Assembly (NCBI GenBank): GCA_002104905.1
Contig: MCFE01000120.1
Span: 62,001-126,000, forward strand
Direction of reading: 5' to 3'
DNA: 64,000 nt
DNA from: Basidiobolus meristosporus CBS 931.73
Lineage: Eukaryota; Fungi; Basidiobolomycota
In this document: positions 24,401 to 37,009 of the stretch, piece by piece
Layout: each line of letters opens with the position of its first letter
Numbering within the stretch: position 1 is the stretch's first letter
Notes under the pieces: model-generated
Database searches by the model: none
What the model was told of the DNA's origin: nothing
The model's input: the letters and a program-made list of their open reading frames with translations, nothing else
Translations under genes and position numbers: made by a program

Positions 24401-26593
24401 TGCTCCATAAGAAACTCCCAAAAGGTGAAGCAAGGCCAATATTCTCCACACACTATGCAAGAAGGAGTAGAGAATGAATACAGTAGTGGCAGAGATCTAC
24501 ATGTTCAGCTTTATGTTTGTAGTATAGCTGCTCAAATTCCGTCACAAACTCCACACACAATAGCTCTAGATGCATCAGTTTGGCATTCATGATCCACTTC
24601 TGGATAAATATGCCTACAATGTCCACATATGACTCCCAATGCTTGCAATGTACTCTTGGTAAGAATGGCTTCAGAACACCACCTTAATAAGTACATATCC
24701 AGTGCATCCAGTCTTTGCATTTGTATTGTTGCATATGTGTATGAATATTAATTGGGGCCTGTGAGAAGTACTGAGGGTAGCAAATACTCTGTAATATCTT
24801 GCCACTTCTTTCAAATTTCTCTGGTACTGCAAAGGATTCATTTAGCTTGAAATGCCTCATGCACCACTTGGTCATTAGTAAAGGGATATTGTTGAAAAGC
24901 AAATGAATTGCTCCCAGTGCAAAACTTTTGCTGCAACAGATACCATCAATCTTAAGTATCTCAGGTTTCCAATTGTTATCATACTCTAGCCAATGGCTTA
25001 TAGCTTGTCAACTTTGCTGCAATTGCATGCTGACTTCTGTATGTTCTCTCTGTGGAAACTTGATGTTCTTAGTGCTGGGGTTTGGGTAATAATAATGTGT
25101 GTGAGTTATGGAGTAAATCCCCTGGATCTCACACATTTGACAGCAATACCATCCAGGGTACCCAGAAAAACCTGCTTTCTTGCTGATGGCTGGGGTATCT
25201 CTAATGCAGATAATAATATATGCTTTTACATGACAAACATTTAGTGCTATCTTGCCGGAAAGCATACAAAACTTACCCAGCAATGGATACAGGTTACTAT
25301 CCAGTTTGGACAGCAACTTAGGCCCAGATACCAGTGATACTTCCATCAGATTATTGCTCTGCTACTGTAATATGGGCAGCAGATTCAGGTTGATGAGAAT
25401 CAGTGGCCAGCAAGACTTACTAATAGAGTACTTGTTTAATGAGAATCCATCAAGTGCCAAAGCAAAGGCATGGTCATATATATCTTCAAAGTAGCCCTTG
25501 CTTCTTAACAGTTTGTAATGTTTGCCATCAAATATACTGGATATGTTTCAGCTTGATTGATACTGAGTGCGCTACTGTATAGCTTTGCAATATTTTAGAA
25601 CTGCTTCCGCTTCCTCAGATGGGGTACAACCGGAATATATCCAGAGTGTGAACAATGTTTTCCCTCAATGGTGGTGGATTCCTGACAATTTGGATATGTT
25701 GCAATGGCAGCATTTCTGTATGTGAATGCCATGCAACTGTTTACACATGCTAGAAGCAGGACAGTCTCTGGAACATATGTTACCAACCGCATGATGGTTG
25801 TCCACTTGTACCATGTACATGGTAAGTTACATCCTGGTATGAGTTTGGCAAGAAGTAGTAATAAATCCTCAAAGCCCCCATTACTGATATTAGTGTTGTA
25901 TCCAAGAGAAAAGTGTAATAAAACTCTTGAATGAGTTAGCTGAACCTAAGTGATAACTAAGTGCAGAATCTTAGAATTTGTCAAGGGTGACAGAAATATT
26001 AGCAGAGAGGTTCTGGCCTAATATTGGTTTTGTATGGAGTTGAGTTGGGCTATAAATGCAACAGAGTTGGTTTGTTATACAGGCTAGGCTTGGTGTTCTT
26101 GGGAATGCTAGATATGTTAAGCTTGGGTGAAAACTAGAACAGAATTGCTGAATTCTTAATTTTGCTAAGGCACAATCTTAATTTTGTTGAGACACACACT
26201 AAACCAAAAGGTTCAGTAATCTTTATTTATATTTTTCTGATCAAGTGGAATTAGTGGGTGCTAAGAGACTGGACTAATTGAAACCTGGTGGGGTGCTGAT
26301 AGGTGCATAAGATAAATAAAAAGTTGCATCATTAATTAGCTGATGTCTTGGCAACTGCTAAGTGGTTGAATAAATCTCAGATGACTAATCACTTGGAAAG
26401 GCTTAGCAGATCAGTTGAGAATGTAATGACCACATGAAAATTGATCAGGTGTTACAGCTAAAAATTGATTCTGAGAAGTGATAAAATAAACCATAACAGG
26501 GATTAGTTATGTTTGGGTTAGGGAAAATCAGTTAGGGTACTAGATTTTCTAACAGAGTGAAATTGGCCAAGTTTTAGATGTTGATGCACAACA

Positions 26594-29500
26594 TCACTTC
26601 ATCCTGGGAGAGGAGTTTGCTGATACCTTGTGGGTTCCCCTGTGGCTCTAATACTGATCAATGATGGCAACATCATCAAAGTTGGTGTAAGGTTTCCAGG
26701 TGTTGTGTTTGGCATCATAACCTTTCTACTTGATTAAATAAAGGCACTTTGGTTCTTCTTTATCATGGTCAACAATAACTTCAACTTCACAGGATCCAGA
26801 AGTAACTGGGTCTTGCAATATAAGCCTGAGTGAAGAAGGTGGAAATTCTTTGGGTAGCAGTGCTCCAGTATTGTCCTGAAGTACATAAGACCCTCCAGTG
26901 GTACATCCAACAGCTTTAAATGGGCCTTCATATTTGAGGTCAAGTTTAGACTGTTGGATTGAATCTAGTGTCATGACATATGACTCATCTGGAAAGCTGC
27001 TGTTCCTGTGTCTTGAGGCATATGTTGAAGTGATATTTTGCCGTGTAGCCTTACTTCTGGCACTGATAGCAGGGTAGACACTATTTTTAAGGTACTCGTA
27101 TTCAAACTTGCTAGCTCATAATTCTGGTAGTTGCCAAAGTGGTTGTATCTTCTCCCAAACATCAAAGAAAATGGTGTTGATCCATGTAGAGCAGCAATTT
27201 TGGTGTTGATAGCATACTGTATAGTGGGAATGTACTTGTCCCAATTCTTCTTGATACCTTTGATAGATTTCCTGATGGTATTCACAGAGATCTGAACATG
27301 TCTTTCAGCAAGTCCATTAGCTTCTGTATGATCTGGAGTGATCAGATGGTGATCAATGGCACTATTCTGGCAGAGGGCTTTGATCATATGATTGACAAAT
27401 TCTGTTCCATTATCCAATTGAATGACCTTAGGGAATCAAAAAAGGCAGAAGAGCTTGAATAGTGCTTGTGCAATAGTGGCAGCATACTTGTCTGGGATGG
27501 CTTTGAGGAAGACAAAACATGTGCAGACATCCACAATTACAAAGAGGTAGCAATTACCATCATCACTAGTGGTGAGAGGTCCAGCTAGATCAATTGCAAT
27601 ATGATCCATAGGAAGGCTTGCATGGACGGGACTCAGGGGCTGGAATCCATGGCAGCTGATATTTTAAAGTTGACATTCTCTGTAAGATTTGACAAATTCT
27701 AAGCAGTCAGCTTTGATATTTGGCCAGTGAAATCCATTAGAGTGTAGCTTCTTCATAAGTGTGTCAGCTCCAAAGTGTCCAAGTAGATGATTCCTCTATA
27801 TCTACATTTTCCTTTCATTGGTATGTGGGATTTTCCAGGTTGCTGAATCTAGTTGAGGAATTATTTTGGAAGTTGTAGTGAGCTTACTGATTATGTCAGT
27901 AATTACATGTGCCTCCCAAGGTGTAGCTGGGGAGAGTCTTGAAAGGTGGTCAGGCAGGACGTTGAAGATTTCTGGGCAATGAATAACTGTATATTCATAA
28001 TCAAGTAGAGTATCAAGCCAGTTGGTAAGCATTGGAGTCAGAGTCTTTTGAGTGTGGATATAGACCAAGGCTTAGTGGTTAGTGTACAAGGTAAAAGGCT
28101 TACCCCATAAGTACTGATGAAGCTTCTTCAAGGCAAAGACTAAGGCAAGTAGCTCCTTCTTGGTGGCAGAGTAGTTTCTCTCAGCCAGTTGTAGAGATCT
28201 GGCTTGGAAAGAGATCCAGTGAGGCCAATTTTGGTCTTCATACTGGTATAGGACAGCCCCTAACCCAATATTAGATACATCTGTAGGAACAACAAAGGTC
28301 TTAGCAATGCCTGGGTAGGATAGGGTGGGTGCCTGTGGGAGCAACTGGCAGAGTGACTCAAATGCTTGGTCATGAACCTTGTTTCAGGCTGAGGGAAGAT
28401 CAGGACTATGGCATAAAGCATCCAAAGGGGCACTCAATGAGGACATGAGAGGAATGTGTTCCCTGAAATAGTTGAATACTCCAAGATAATGTTGGAGTTG
28501 CCTAGCACTAGTGGGTTTTGGCCATTGAGGAATATTGACCAATTTGAAAGGGTCAAGCTTGTAGCCATCTGGTGTGATAATGAGTCCAAGTAGATTGATT
28601 TTGAGGCAGGAAAAGCTGCACTTTTTTGCATTAAAAATCATTCCAGCAGCTGTCAGTCTATTGATTACATCAGTGACATGAGCTGCATGATCATCATGGT
28701 TTGTGCCAAATATCATGACATCATCAACAAATACTAAGGCCTATGGAGCGTTCTTGAGTATTATAGTCATGGCTCTCTGGAACTTGCTGGTCAGTGTCTT
28801 TAGCCCAAAGGGAGCTCCCTGAAACATCCATTACATATTATTCCAAGCAAAGGCAGTCTGATGCTAATGGTCAGGATGGATCTGGAATTGGTGATATGCA
28901 TCCTTCAAGTCCAGTTTGGAGAATACCTTTGCACCCAATAGCAAGGAAAAGTTGTCCTGGAATATTGGAATTGGAAATTTATCATCTTGGAGAAGCTTGT
29001 TCAGAGGTCTAGGGTTCAAAGAGAGTCTCTTTAGAGTTAGATTTCCATCAGCATATTTCTTAAATGCAAGCATTAAAGGGCTGTTGAATGTTGTGTTGAT
29101 AGGGGCTTCAGTGATAGTTCCAATTTTGTACCACTTTGGGACTATGCCATCAACCAAGTGTTGACAAGAATGTGGAATTGGGTATTGCCTTCTCCATGTC
29201 AGCTCATCAGGTGGGGTATCTAGTGTAACAATCAATTCTGGATTAGTGCAGAAACTGTGCCTGGGAATGGCTTGATTTCTTTCTATGACCGGCTGAATTT
29301 CCAATTTGATTGACTGAGAATACGCTTGAAAAGTTGGGGTTGACTCCTATACTTCTGGATGGGGAGAAGTAATCTCTGGAATCTGATCCATTCTGGGTGG
29401 CTGAGACTTGGTGATTCCAGGATATGAAACTGATAGTCTGCCTATGTGAAAGCCAAGTTTGGTGAAGGTGTCTAGACCAATGACTACCTGAGGTCCATCT

Positions 29501-29800
29501 GGAATGTCAAAAGCTTCCATCTGATGGATTATAATTATTGAACCACTGTGTATGCTGATTGGGCTGGTGATACCAATTCTTGGGGCTGAGAGGTCCTTAG
29601 CCGCAAGTATGATTTTTCCTGCTTGCTTTTCTATTGCCAATTTGAGTTCTTTGACCACATTAGCTGATACAATAGAGTTGGATGATCCAGTATCCAAGAG
29701 TGCTATATATGATTGGCCATTGAGTTTGAGTGGGACCTCTATAGCTTTTGGCTGCGCAATGGGTTGCTCCTTTTCTTGGACAGTTGCAATTTAACCGGAA
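26594..29800 (-). pseudogene. pol: Gypsy B2 pol (PR-RT-RH-IN-CHD), disrupted
   Basis: ORF pieces 29347-29697, 28864-29304, 28384-28716, 28072-28344, 27802-28068, 26971-27417, 26726-26974. Confidence 0.9.
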
Positions 29801-30299
29801 TTTCAAAGAGGTTGTGATAATCTTGAACTGTAAGTTCTTCATATGCTTTCTCATACCCTGTCATATCAATGATTGCATGATTGTCTAGAATCTGAGTAAT
29901 TTTTGGCAATGGTGTAGAGTTCTTCTTAGGACAGGTAGGTGATCTATGTCCCATCTTTCCACATTTAAAGCACTTGTCATCAGCATATGGATTATCAGTT
30001 TTGGTGTTTTGCTGCTTCTCTGATGTGTTTCTGAACTTGTTTGACTGCTAGGTGATGCCTTTGTGCTCACTGGTACAGTGATAGCATCTTCCATGAAGAT
30101 CACAATGCTTGCTAGCGGTTGACTTCTTCTCAGTCATATGACCGCTCTCTTTTCTGGTTGTTGCTGCATCTTGAATGGAGTTGCCTGAAGCCTGGCTAAC
30201 AGCTGCAGTCATAGTGATTGTAAGTGTACATATCTCTGAGATTTTGTCATAGGTACATGCAGGATTGCATGCTTTGACAATAGCATTATTGAACAGTAG

Positions 30300-31055
30300 C
30301 TAGTGTGAAAGATTTGAAAGAAAATGAGAGGTAAGCAATGGATTTTCATCACTAATTCCAGCTAGTCTCATTTGTCTTGGGAATCTATCACAGAAGTGTT
30401 GCATAGATTCACCTTTTTGCATTTTAGTTTTACATAAGTTGTAGTTTAGATGTGCTCTCTTGAGGGGACCTTCAAAATGGCCACAAAAGAGGTTCTGCGC
30501 AACTTTCCATGTACAATTGGAAGGAACGGTCACCTCAGCCCAGTCAGCATCTTGTATGGTGAGACAAAGAGGCAGAAGTCTAGCCCAATTGGTGTCAGGG
30601 TCTAGCTGGTGCGCAGCTAAGACATGACTACACTTGTAAAGAAACTCAGTAGGATTCTTTATTGTATTGGCTCCTTCAGCATAAAGAGGAAAGGATCTTG
30701 GGACAACCACCAAAGTAGGTTTAGAGGGAGATGTAGATCTGGAGGCTCCAAAGGCATGACTTCTTGGTGGCTGATGCAGAGCAAGGCTTGGTGGATTTTC
30801 AATGCTGTCAATTACAATGGCAACATTCTCCAGGACTACTTGGATAATTCCAATTTCATCTTGGTAACCGGAAATAACTTCAGCAAGTTCATCTCTACAA
30901 TGATTGTCAGATCTTGTCTTGGCAAGCTTGGAGTGCTCAAGCATCAAAGTGCTTCTTTCATGCAGGATGTTTTCAAGCTGATCAGTTAGTTCTTCCTGAT
31001 TTCTGCCGGCTTCTTCCAACATTGAAAGATTTGGATTGCTTGCAGCTGAGGACAT
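30300..31055 (-). pseudogene. gag: Gypsy B gag N-terminal ORF (251 aa piece)
   Basis: ORF track 30300..31055, immediately downstream of the 5' LTR; homologous to B1 22364-22880. Confidence 0.75.
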
Positions 31056-32541
31056 ATTGTCTTGTAGATGAATGTAGTGGAATTCAACAAAAAAAATGTT
31101 GTAGCCCAGTGAAAAGTGAAATAAAACTCTTGAATGAGTTAATTGAACCTAAGTGATAACTAAGTGCACAATGTTAGATTTTGTCAAGGGTGATAGAAAT
31201 ATTAACAGAGAGGTTTTGGTCTAATATTGGTTTTGTATATAGTTGAATTGGGCTATAAAGGCAACAGAGTTGGTTTGCTTTACAGGCTAGGCTTGGTGTT
31301 CTTGGGAATACTAGATGTGCTAGGCTTGGGTGGAAACTAGAATGAAATTGTGGAATTCTTAATTATGCTGAGGCGCAATCATAATTTTGTTAAGACACAC
31401 ACTAAACCAAAAGGTTTGGTAAACTTTGTTATACTTTTCTGCTTGAGTTGCATTAGTAAATGCCAAGAGACTGGACTAATTGAAATCTGTAGAGGTGTTG
31501 ATAGGTGCATAAGATGAATGAAAAATTGCATCATGGATCAGCTGATGTGTTGGCAACTGCTAAGTGGTTGGATAAGTCTCAGATGACTAATCACTTGGAA
31601 AGGCTCAACAGATCAGTTGAGGATGTAATGACCACTTGAGAATTGATCAGGTGTGACAGCTAAAATAGATTCTGAGAAGTGATAAAATAAATCATAACAG
31701 GGATGAGTTATGTTTGGGTCAGGGAAAATCAGTTAGGGTACTAAATTCTCTAATGGAGTGAGATTGGCCAAGTTTTAAATGTTGATGGACAACAATCAGT
31801 AGAAACACGCCACTTCTCTAGCCACAATATTACATCATTCACCAGTAGATGGATTACAGAGCTCACTTGGCTCCATAAAGTATCCTTGGCAATTGTTGCA
31901 ACAAGTGTTGTCTCATTGCATATAGGGATTTGAACAGGCTCATATGTGGTACTGTTGTTAGGGGAGAGAGGCTCAAAATCTATCAATGAACCTTCTTAGT
32001 CAGAGCTATCACTCTGCATAACATATTCAGAAGGCTGAGGTGAGCCTAAAGGTGGCACCAACTCACCTGACTCAGTTTGCACAAGGTGACAAAGATGGCC
32101 AGGTGCCAATATAGAAGTTTCAACTGGCCAGCAAAATAAAACTGGTACAGTAATGACCAATGAATAGTCAAATATGACTTGGGTGGAAAAACACTGGCCA
32201 TGATCCTTGTAATACTTTCTACACTGTCTGCATGCTTCATGGCTGAGAGGCTTGCCACAATAGCCACATGGTCTTTTTTGTCTTCTCTTACAGTGTTGAA
32301 TCAAAGTAGTCTTTTTCATGGGGCAAACAGTTTGACCTTCAGCAATGTAACGCTATTATATCACTTTTTGGTCAATACTCATGCGAACTTAAGAAAGTCT
32401 TATATTTAAGACATTTCACCTACATAAAAGTAAGATTCAATGATGACCTGCCATAGTAAGCATTATAAATAAAGTTGTGGCACCACATACACACATATAT
32501 GTAACACTATTTCTGCTTTGGTTTGACTCACCTACATGTAT

Positions 32542-35414
32542 ATTCCGCTAAAAAAATAAAGCAAAGTCATCTGGTTCTGAACTAAACCCTACCACTGATG
32601 GCAACAGAAGAATAGTTGGACAACAGCTTGCTTTGACATTCAGTACAACAAGCAGGTCTATATCCAAAAAAGGCCCTATGGACAGTGTGCCCATTGAAGG
32701 TAATAATGCAGGCTCCTCTGGCTCTCAGTCAAGTAGGCAATTGAGAACCTCTGCGGAGCCACAAGCTGACCAATATGCTCAGGCAGATGGGAATGTAGCA
32801 GACACAGTTCCCTCAGTCAAAGATCAGCAAGTGGCCATGATAACATCACCACCATCAATATTAACAAGTCTGTTGACAGCTCACACCAAAGCATTAATGA
32901 AGCAATTAGGTGCAGCGGCTGATAGGATAGATGCAATGGCCTAGAGAAATCAAGAAATAGTGCAGAAAAAGGTTGAGTGGATAATAGGTTTGGAGCAATC
33001 AGTATCCCTGGTAGCAAAAGCAGTATATTTGCTGCAAAGAAGGAACTCAAGTAGCTCAATGTCACAGCCAAGAATTCAATCTTTTCCTGATGTAACAGCA
33101 GAGGAACACCATACAGTCTTTGAAGCACAACAACAGTACCCAAAGATAAAGCCCACAGGAAAATCTATCAAAGTGTGGGAGGGAGACAATGTGGTGTTTA
33201 TACCAAAGCCTAAAAATCAAAAGTCATTGAAGATCAGTGAAGATGTTGAGTGCAATAATGAAGAATGGGCTAATATATATGAGGTGGTCGGAAGTCTAGC
33301 ATGCCATCACCGTAAGGCCAGCATACCATGGGACCATCAGGAGCCCAAGACTAAACGGAATACACTTGACTTATTCCATCAGCATTATCCTGGATTCAAA
33401 TGGGCAAGCAGATTTTGGGCCAGCATTGGTATGCCAAGAAAGTATCTTAAGAATAGCAGAAACTATCAAAGGCAGAAGAACAAGGGTGCCATGGATAAGA
33501 ACCAGTGGCTTCTGCAAGTGCCTGCTAGAAGCAGGGCCAAAAGCTCCAGACAAATGTCAAAGAGACGTCAGGTAGCTGGAAGAGTGCCAATTAGGGACAA
33601 GCAGGCAGACATGGATGCACCACACAACATTTATCATGGAAAAAGCATAGTACCACTCAAGATATACCCAGTCAAAGCAGTAGTGAAGGACCTGGCAGTG
33701 ATAAAAACTAGCTGCTTTTACAGGAGCCCATCACAACTACAGCTGAGAGCTCAAAACAAGCAGAAAAGAAATATTGGGTTGCCAGAAGAGTGCCAGCAAA
33801 GGACAAGCAGGCCAAAACAGATGTGTTGTGGTAGGGTAAACATACCTCCCACAGACAAGTTTATTCATATAGTCATTATGATATACTTATGCATATTTTA
33901 TCTTATCAGTATTATCCCATTTGTCTTTTGCCTATATTATCAGTATTATCCCCATATAATGTTTACCCTGATTAGTTATTAGCATTAGTTATCCCAGATG
34001 TTATTCAGCTTTGTGATCAGTGTATGTATCTACATAAGGCAAGTACCCGCATCAGTACCTGTGAAACATGACCTAGGTCTGTGTTACCATCCCTACCATT
34101 TCAATACCGTATATGGTATTTCTATGTTGCACAGGTTTCACACTACTGATTCCTGAGTGGTTGAATGTGCTGTGCCTTTTAGAACCTTCCAGGACATTAT
34201 TGGTATATTTTTAGCTCATAGTGATGTCATCAAGAATTCCACTGATGCCTAAAATCTTCTAGAACCCTGTCATTGTTAATCACTTGGCAATTGGGAAAGG
34301 TATTTAAGGGAAAGCAATCCCTCATCAATAAATCATCTCTTCTATCAGTAACACTTTTACCTTATTGATTAGCAGTTGATCACTGCACCTGCCTTCAACA
34401 GTACATCTCAGACCTGCCATCAAGGAGCTTTTCAGGGTAGTGCACAAGACACACAAAGGCCTTTGGAGACACTTGGAGCACCTAGGAAGCTAGAGAAGCA
34501 GGAGCTTTTACCATCGTGACATATTGACCAAGACACCAGCAGTTTAGACACAAAGGTGATTGTACCCATCAGACACCTCACACACCTTGAGTTGTGCAGC
34601 TTCTCCCAGGAGTACCTCTACACCACCACAGTGTCAGAGCAGAATTTATCCAGGAGAAAATGTAGTTCTTTACAAGAGGCACTCAGACATATTAGCAGTG
34701 AAAGACCTGGCAGTGATAACAGAGAAGATAAAGGGAAAAATGTCTATCCAAGCCTGAGACAGGGAGGCATGCAAAAAAACTGCAGCTCTTACCAATTAAT
34801 GCCACATGCCAGGAACAGACTGATTCCCATCATAGCCAAGAAGATTTACCAACAAAACAGTTGTTTTCACAACAGTTAGAAGCACAGCCAGTTGAGCTAC
34901 ACTCCAGCAAGGTAGATGAGTTTGCTGAAAAAGGCAATTTGTCTACCACAGCCTCCACATTCTCCATTGTTAATAGAGAGATATCCCACAGACAGACAGG
35001 GCTATAATGTCAAGAGCTCAAAATACTACCACAATGCCTTCAGTGGAGTTTTGGAACATTAATAGGCACACCAAGAGGTTGCAGCACTTCTTCAAGAGCA
35101 GTGCTCAGCAAAGTGCACTGGAATATTGCAAGGACTTATTGCAATGACTGGCAGATGAGGTGCTAGACCTTGCAGTGCCAGCTGATGACTAGGATGTGTG
35201 GGAGCCAGTGAATGAACAGTGGCATAAAGCCATTGGGCTTCTGTCAAAGTTGTGGAACCAGAGCATTACAGCAGAAATACTTATTGGGTGGTGTACTTTA
35301 ATGGAGTCTCTTGTTGAGCATGAGGTTGGGCTCAATGTTAGTGTAGGGCATTGGGACTTGTATAAGTCAATACAACTGGCAATTGAGGTACAACTGAAGC
35401 TTCAACAGAAATAA
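32542..35414 (+). pseudogene. CACTA ORF2, unknown protein of about 690 codons net, interrupted by solo LTR D2
   Basis: ORF pieces 32633-32944, 32960-33826 and 35196-35414 with homologues in four other copies. The start is inferred from ATGCCACCAAAAGATAAAG at 37230 in the outer copy. Confidence 0.7.
33827..34630 (+). repeat. Solo LTR family D copy 2 (804 bp), TSD GTGT
   Basis: GTGT|TGTGGTAGGG...CACCACA|GTGT; near-identical to 13035-13838. Confidence 0.9.
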
Positions 35415-35745
35415 ATCAATAGGTACACATGAAGAGTAAGAGAAACAGCTGAGTCAGGAAGTAAGGAGCATGAAAAAGAGGCAATAGCCAATCAATGCAC
35501 ATAAGTGTAGGAGGGAATAGAGTGTCTAGGATCAGAAAGTGGGCAAATTGGCAGGGAATCAATCAAAAGCCACTTTTGTAATATTAGGATGAAATATTTT
35601 GACTAAGTTTGTCCTGAAATCTGGGGTGCAATTACTTTTCAATGGTCTCTGGATGGTGTCCTGACAGGATCAGTACCTCTTAGTCACAGGACTTTAACTT
35701 TGTGGCAGCCTGTTGACAGGATCATCCCAATAATTTTTCAAAGGT

Positions 35746-37009
35746 GGATCTTACATATTCAACAGCAATACCATCCATTGTGCCCAGAAAAGCCAGCTAT
35801 CATGCTAATGACTGAGGTATCTCCAAAGCATATAACAATATGTGCTTTTACATAATGGCAATTCACTGTTATCCCACTGGAAAGCATACAAAACTCATTC
35901 AGCCATGAACACAGTTAGCTATTCAGGTTGGCTGGTAGTTTAGGGCCAGATACCAGTGAGACTAACATCAAATTTCTGCTCTGATACCATAGGATTGGCA
36001 GCAGATTCAGGTTGATGAGAATCAGTGGCCAGCAGGACTCACTGGTAGTGCCAAGGCAAAGGCATGGTTGTACATACCTTCAAATTAGCCCTTGCTTCTT
36101 AGCTGTTTGTAATGTGTGCCATTGAGTATATCTAATATATCTGCACTTGATTGATACTAAGTATGCAACTTTATTGCTTCACAATATTTGTTGGACTGCA
36201 TGAGACTTCTTTATATGACATATAACTGGAATATATCCAGAGTGTGTACCATGTATTCTCGTAATGGTGGCATATTTCTGACAAGTTGCATACCTTGCAA
36301 TGGTGATAATTTCTGATGTGAATACCATGCAAATGTCAACACATGCTGGTCTCAGGATGGTCTCTGGGTCATATGCTGCCAGCTGCAAGATTGTTTTCCA
36401 CTTATACCATGTATATGGTAAGTTTCATCCTGGGATGATTTTGGCAAGTAGTAATAGGAAAATACTTGTTGCCCTCATTACTGATATTAGTGGAAGCATG
36501 CCACCTCTCTAACCACAATAATACATCAATCACCAGTAGATGGATTACTGGGCTCACTTGACTGCATAAAGTATCCTTACCATTTTCTTCCACAGGTGTT
36601 GTCTCATTGCTTAATGGGACTTTGCTAGGTTCATGCAGAGTACTGTTGTTATGAAAGATAGGCTCAAAATCCATCATTGAGCCTGCTTCTTCAGAGTTAT
36701 CACTCTGCATGCCATATTCAGAAGGCTGTGGTGAGCTTAAAGGTGTCACAAACTCTCCTGACTCAGTTTGTGCAAGGTGACAAGCACTGCCAGATGCTGT
36801 TGTAGAAGTATTGAGTGTCCAGCAAGATATTGCTAGTACAGTAGTCAGTGGTGAATGGTCAAATATGACTTGCATTACAAACACAGGCTGTGCTCCTTGT
36901 GATACTTCCTATGCTGTCTGCATGCTTCATGGCTGAGAGGCTTATTACAATAGCCACATGGACTTTTCTCTCTTCTCTAACGGTGTTGAATCAAAGTAAT
37001 CTTATCCAT
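35746..37009 (-). pseudogene. CACTA transposase N-terminal half of the outer copy
   Basis: ATG GAT AAG ATT ACT TTG at 37009; ORF 36402-36884; WPLILINLNL region at ~36000. Joins 17075 across the beta insertion. Confidence 0.85.

Larger units (their letters stand above)
25894..31794 (-). mobile_element. Chromoviral Gypsy family B copy 2, full length (LTRs 25894-26593 and 31097-31794), TSD ATTAG/ATCAG
   Basis: Two ~700-bp TG..CA LTRs. gag 30300-31055, zinc knuckle, protease LLDTGSS, RT, RH, IN and chromodomain (CEVEVIVDH...YLIK). Empty site ATTAGTGGAAGC in the outer CACTA (~36487). Confidence 0.93.
23848..32319 (-). pseudogene. CACTA Tnp2-like transposase of copy beta (about 2.57 kb net; split by Gypsy B2 at 25894-31794)
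   Basis: ATG 32319 (..KRPCGYCGKPLSHEAC..). Core SIFDGKHY...ALALDGFSLN...CWPLILINLNL...VSGPKLLSKLDSNLYPLL; DTPAISKKAGFSGYPGWYCCQMCEIQG; GPCFTFWEFLMEHMCGEI. Putative stop 23848-23850, matched in position in the fragment at ~56290. Confidence 0.88.
17076..35745. mobile_element. Complete CACTA/CMC element (copy beta), about 5.8 kb net, with three direct nested inserts; TSD GGA
   Basis: GGA|CCCTATGAAAAATAAC at 17076 and TAATTTTTCAAAGGT|GGA at 35745. The 3-bp TSD is confirmed by the empty-site homologue; CCCTA fits the CMCWR terminal consensus. Confidence 0.85.

Noticed and set aside
29770-29800. Programmed -1 gag-pol frameshift in Gypsy B2
   Set aside because: Pol is in the -1 frame, but no canonical X XXY YYZ heptamer is visible and the copy is degenerate, so an indel cannot be excluded.
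32960-33982. 340-aa ORF as an intact standalone gene
   Set aside because: It is a piece of CACTA ORF2 that shifts frame in the repeat region and reads into solo LTR D2 (the CGRVNIPPTDKF tail is LTR sequence).
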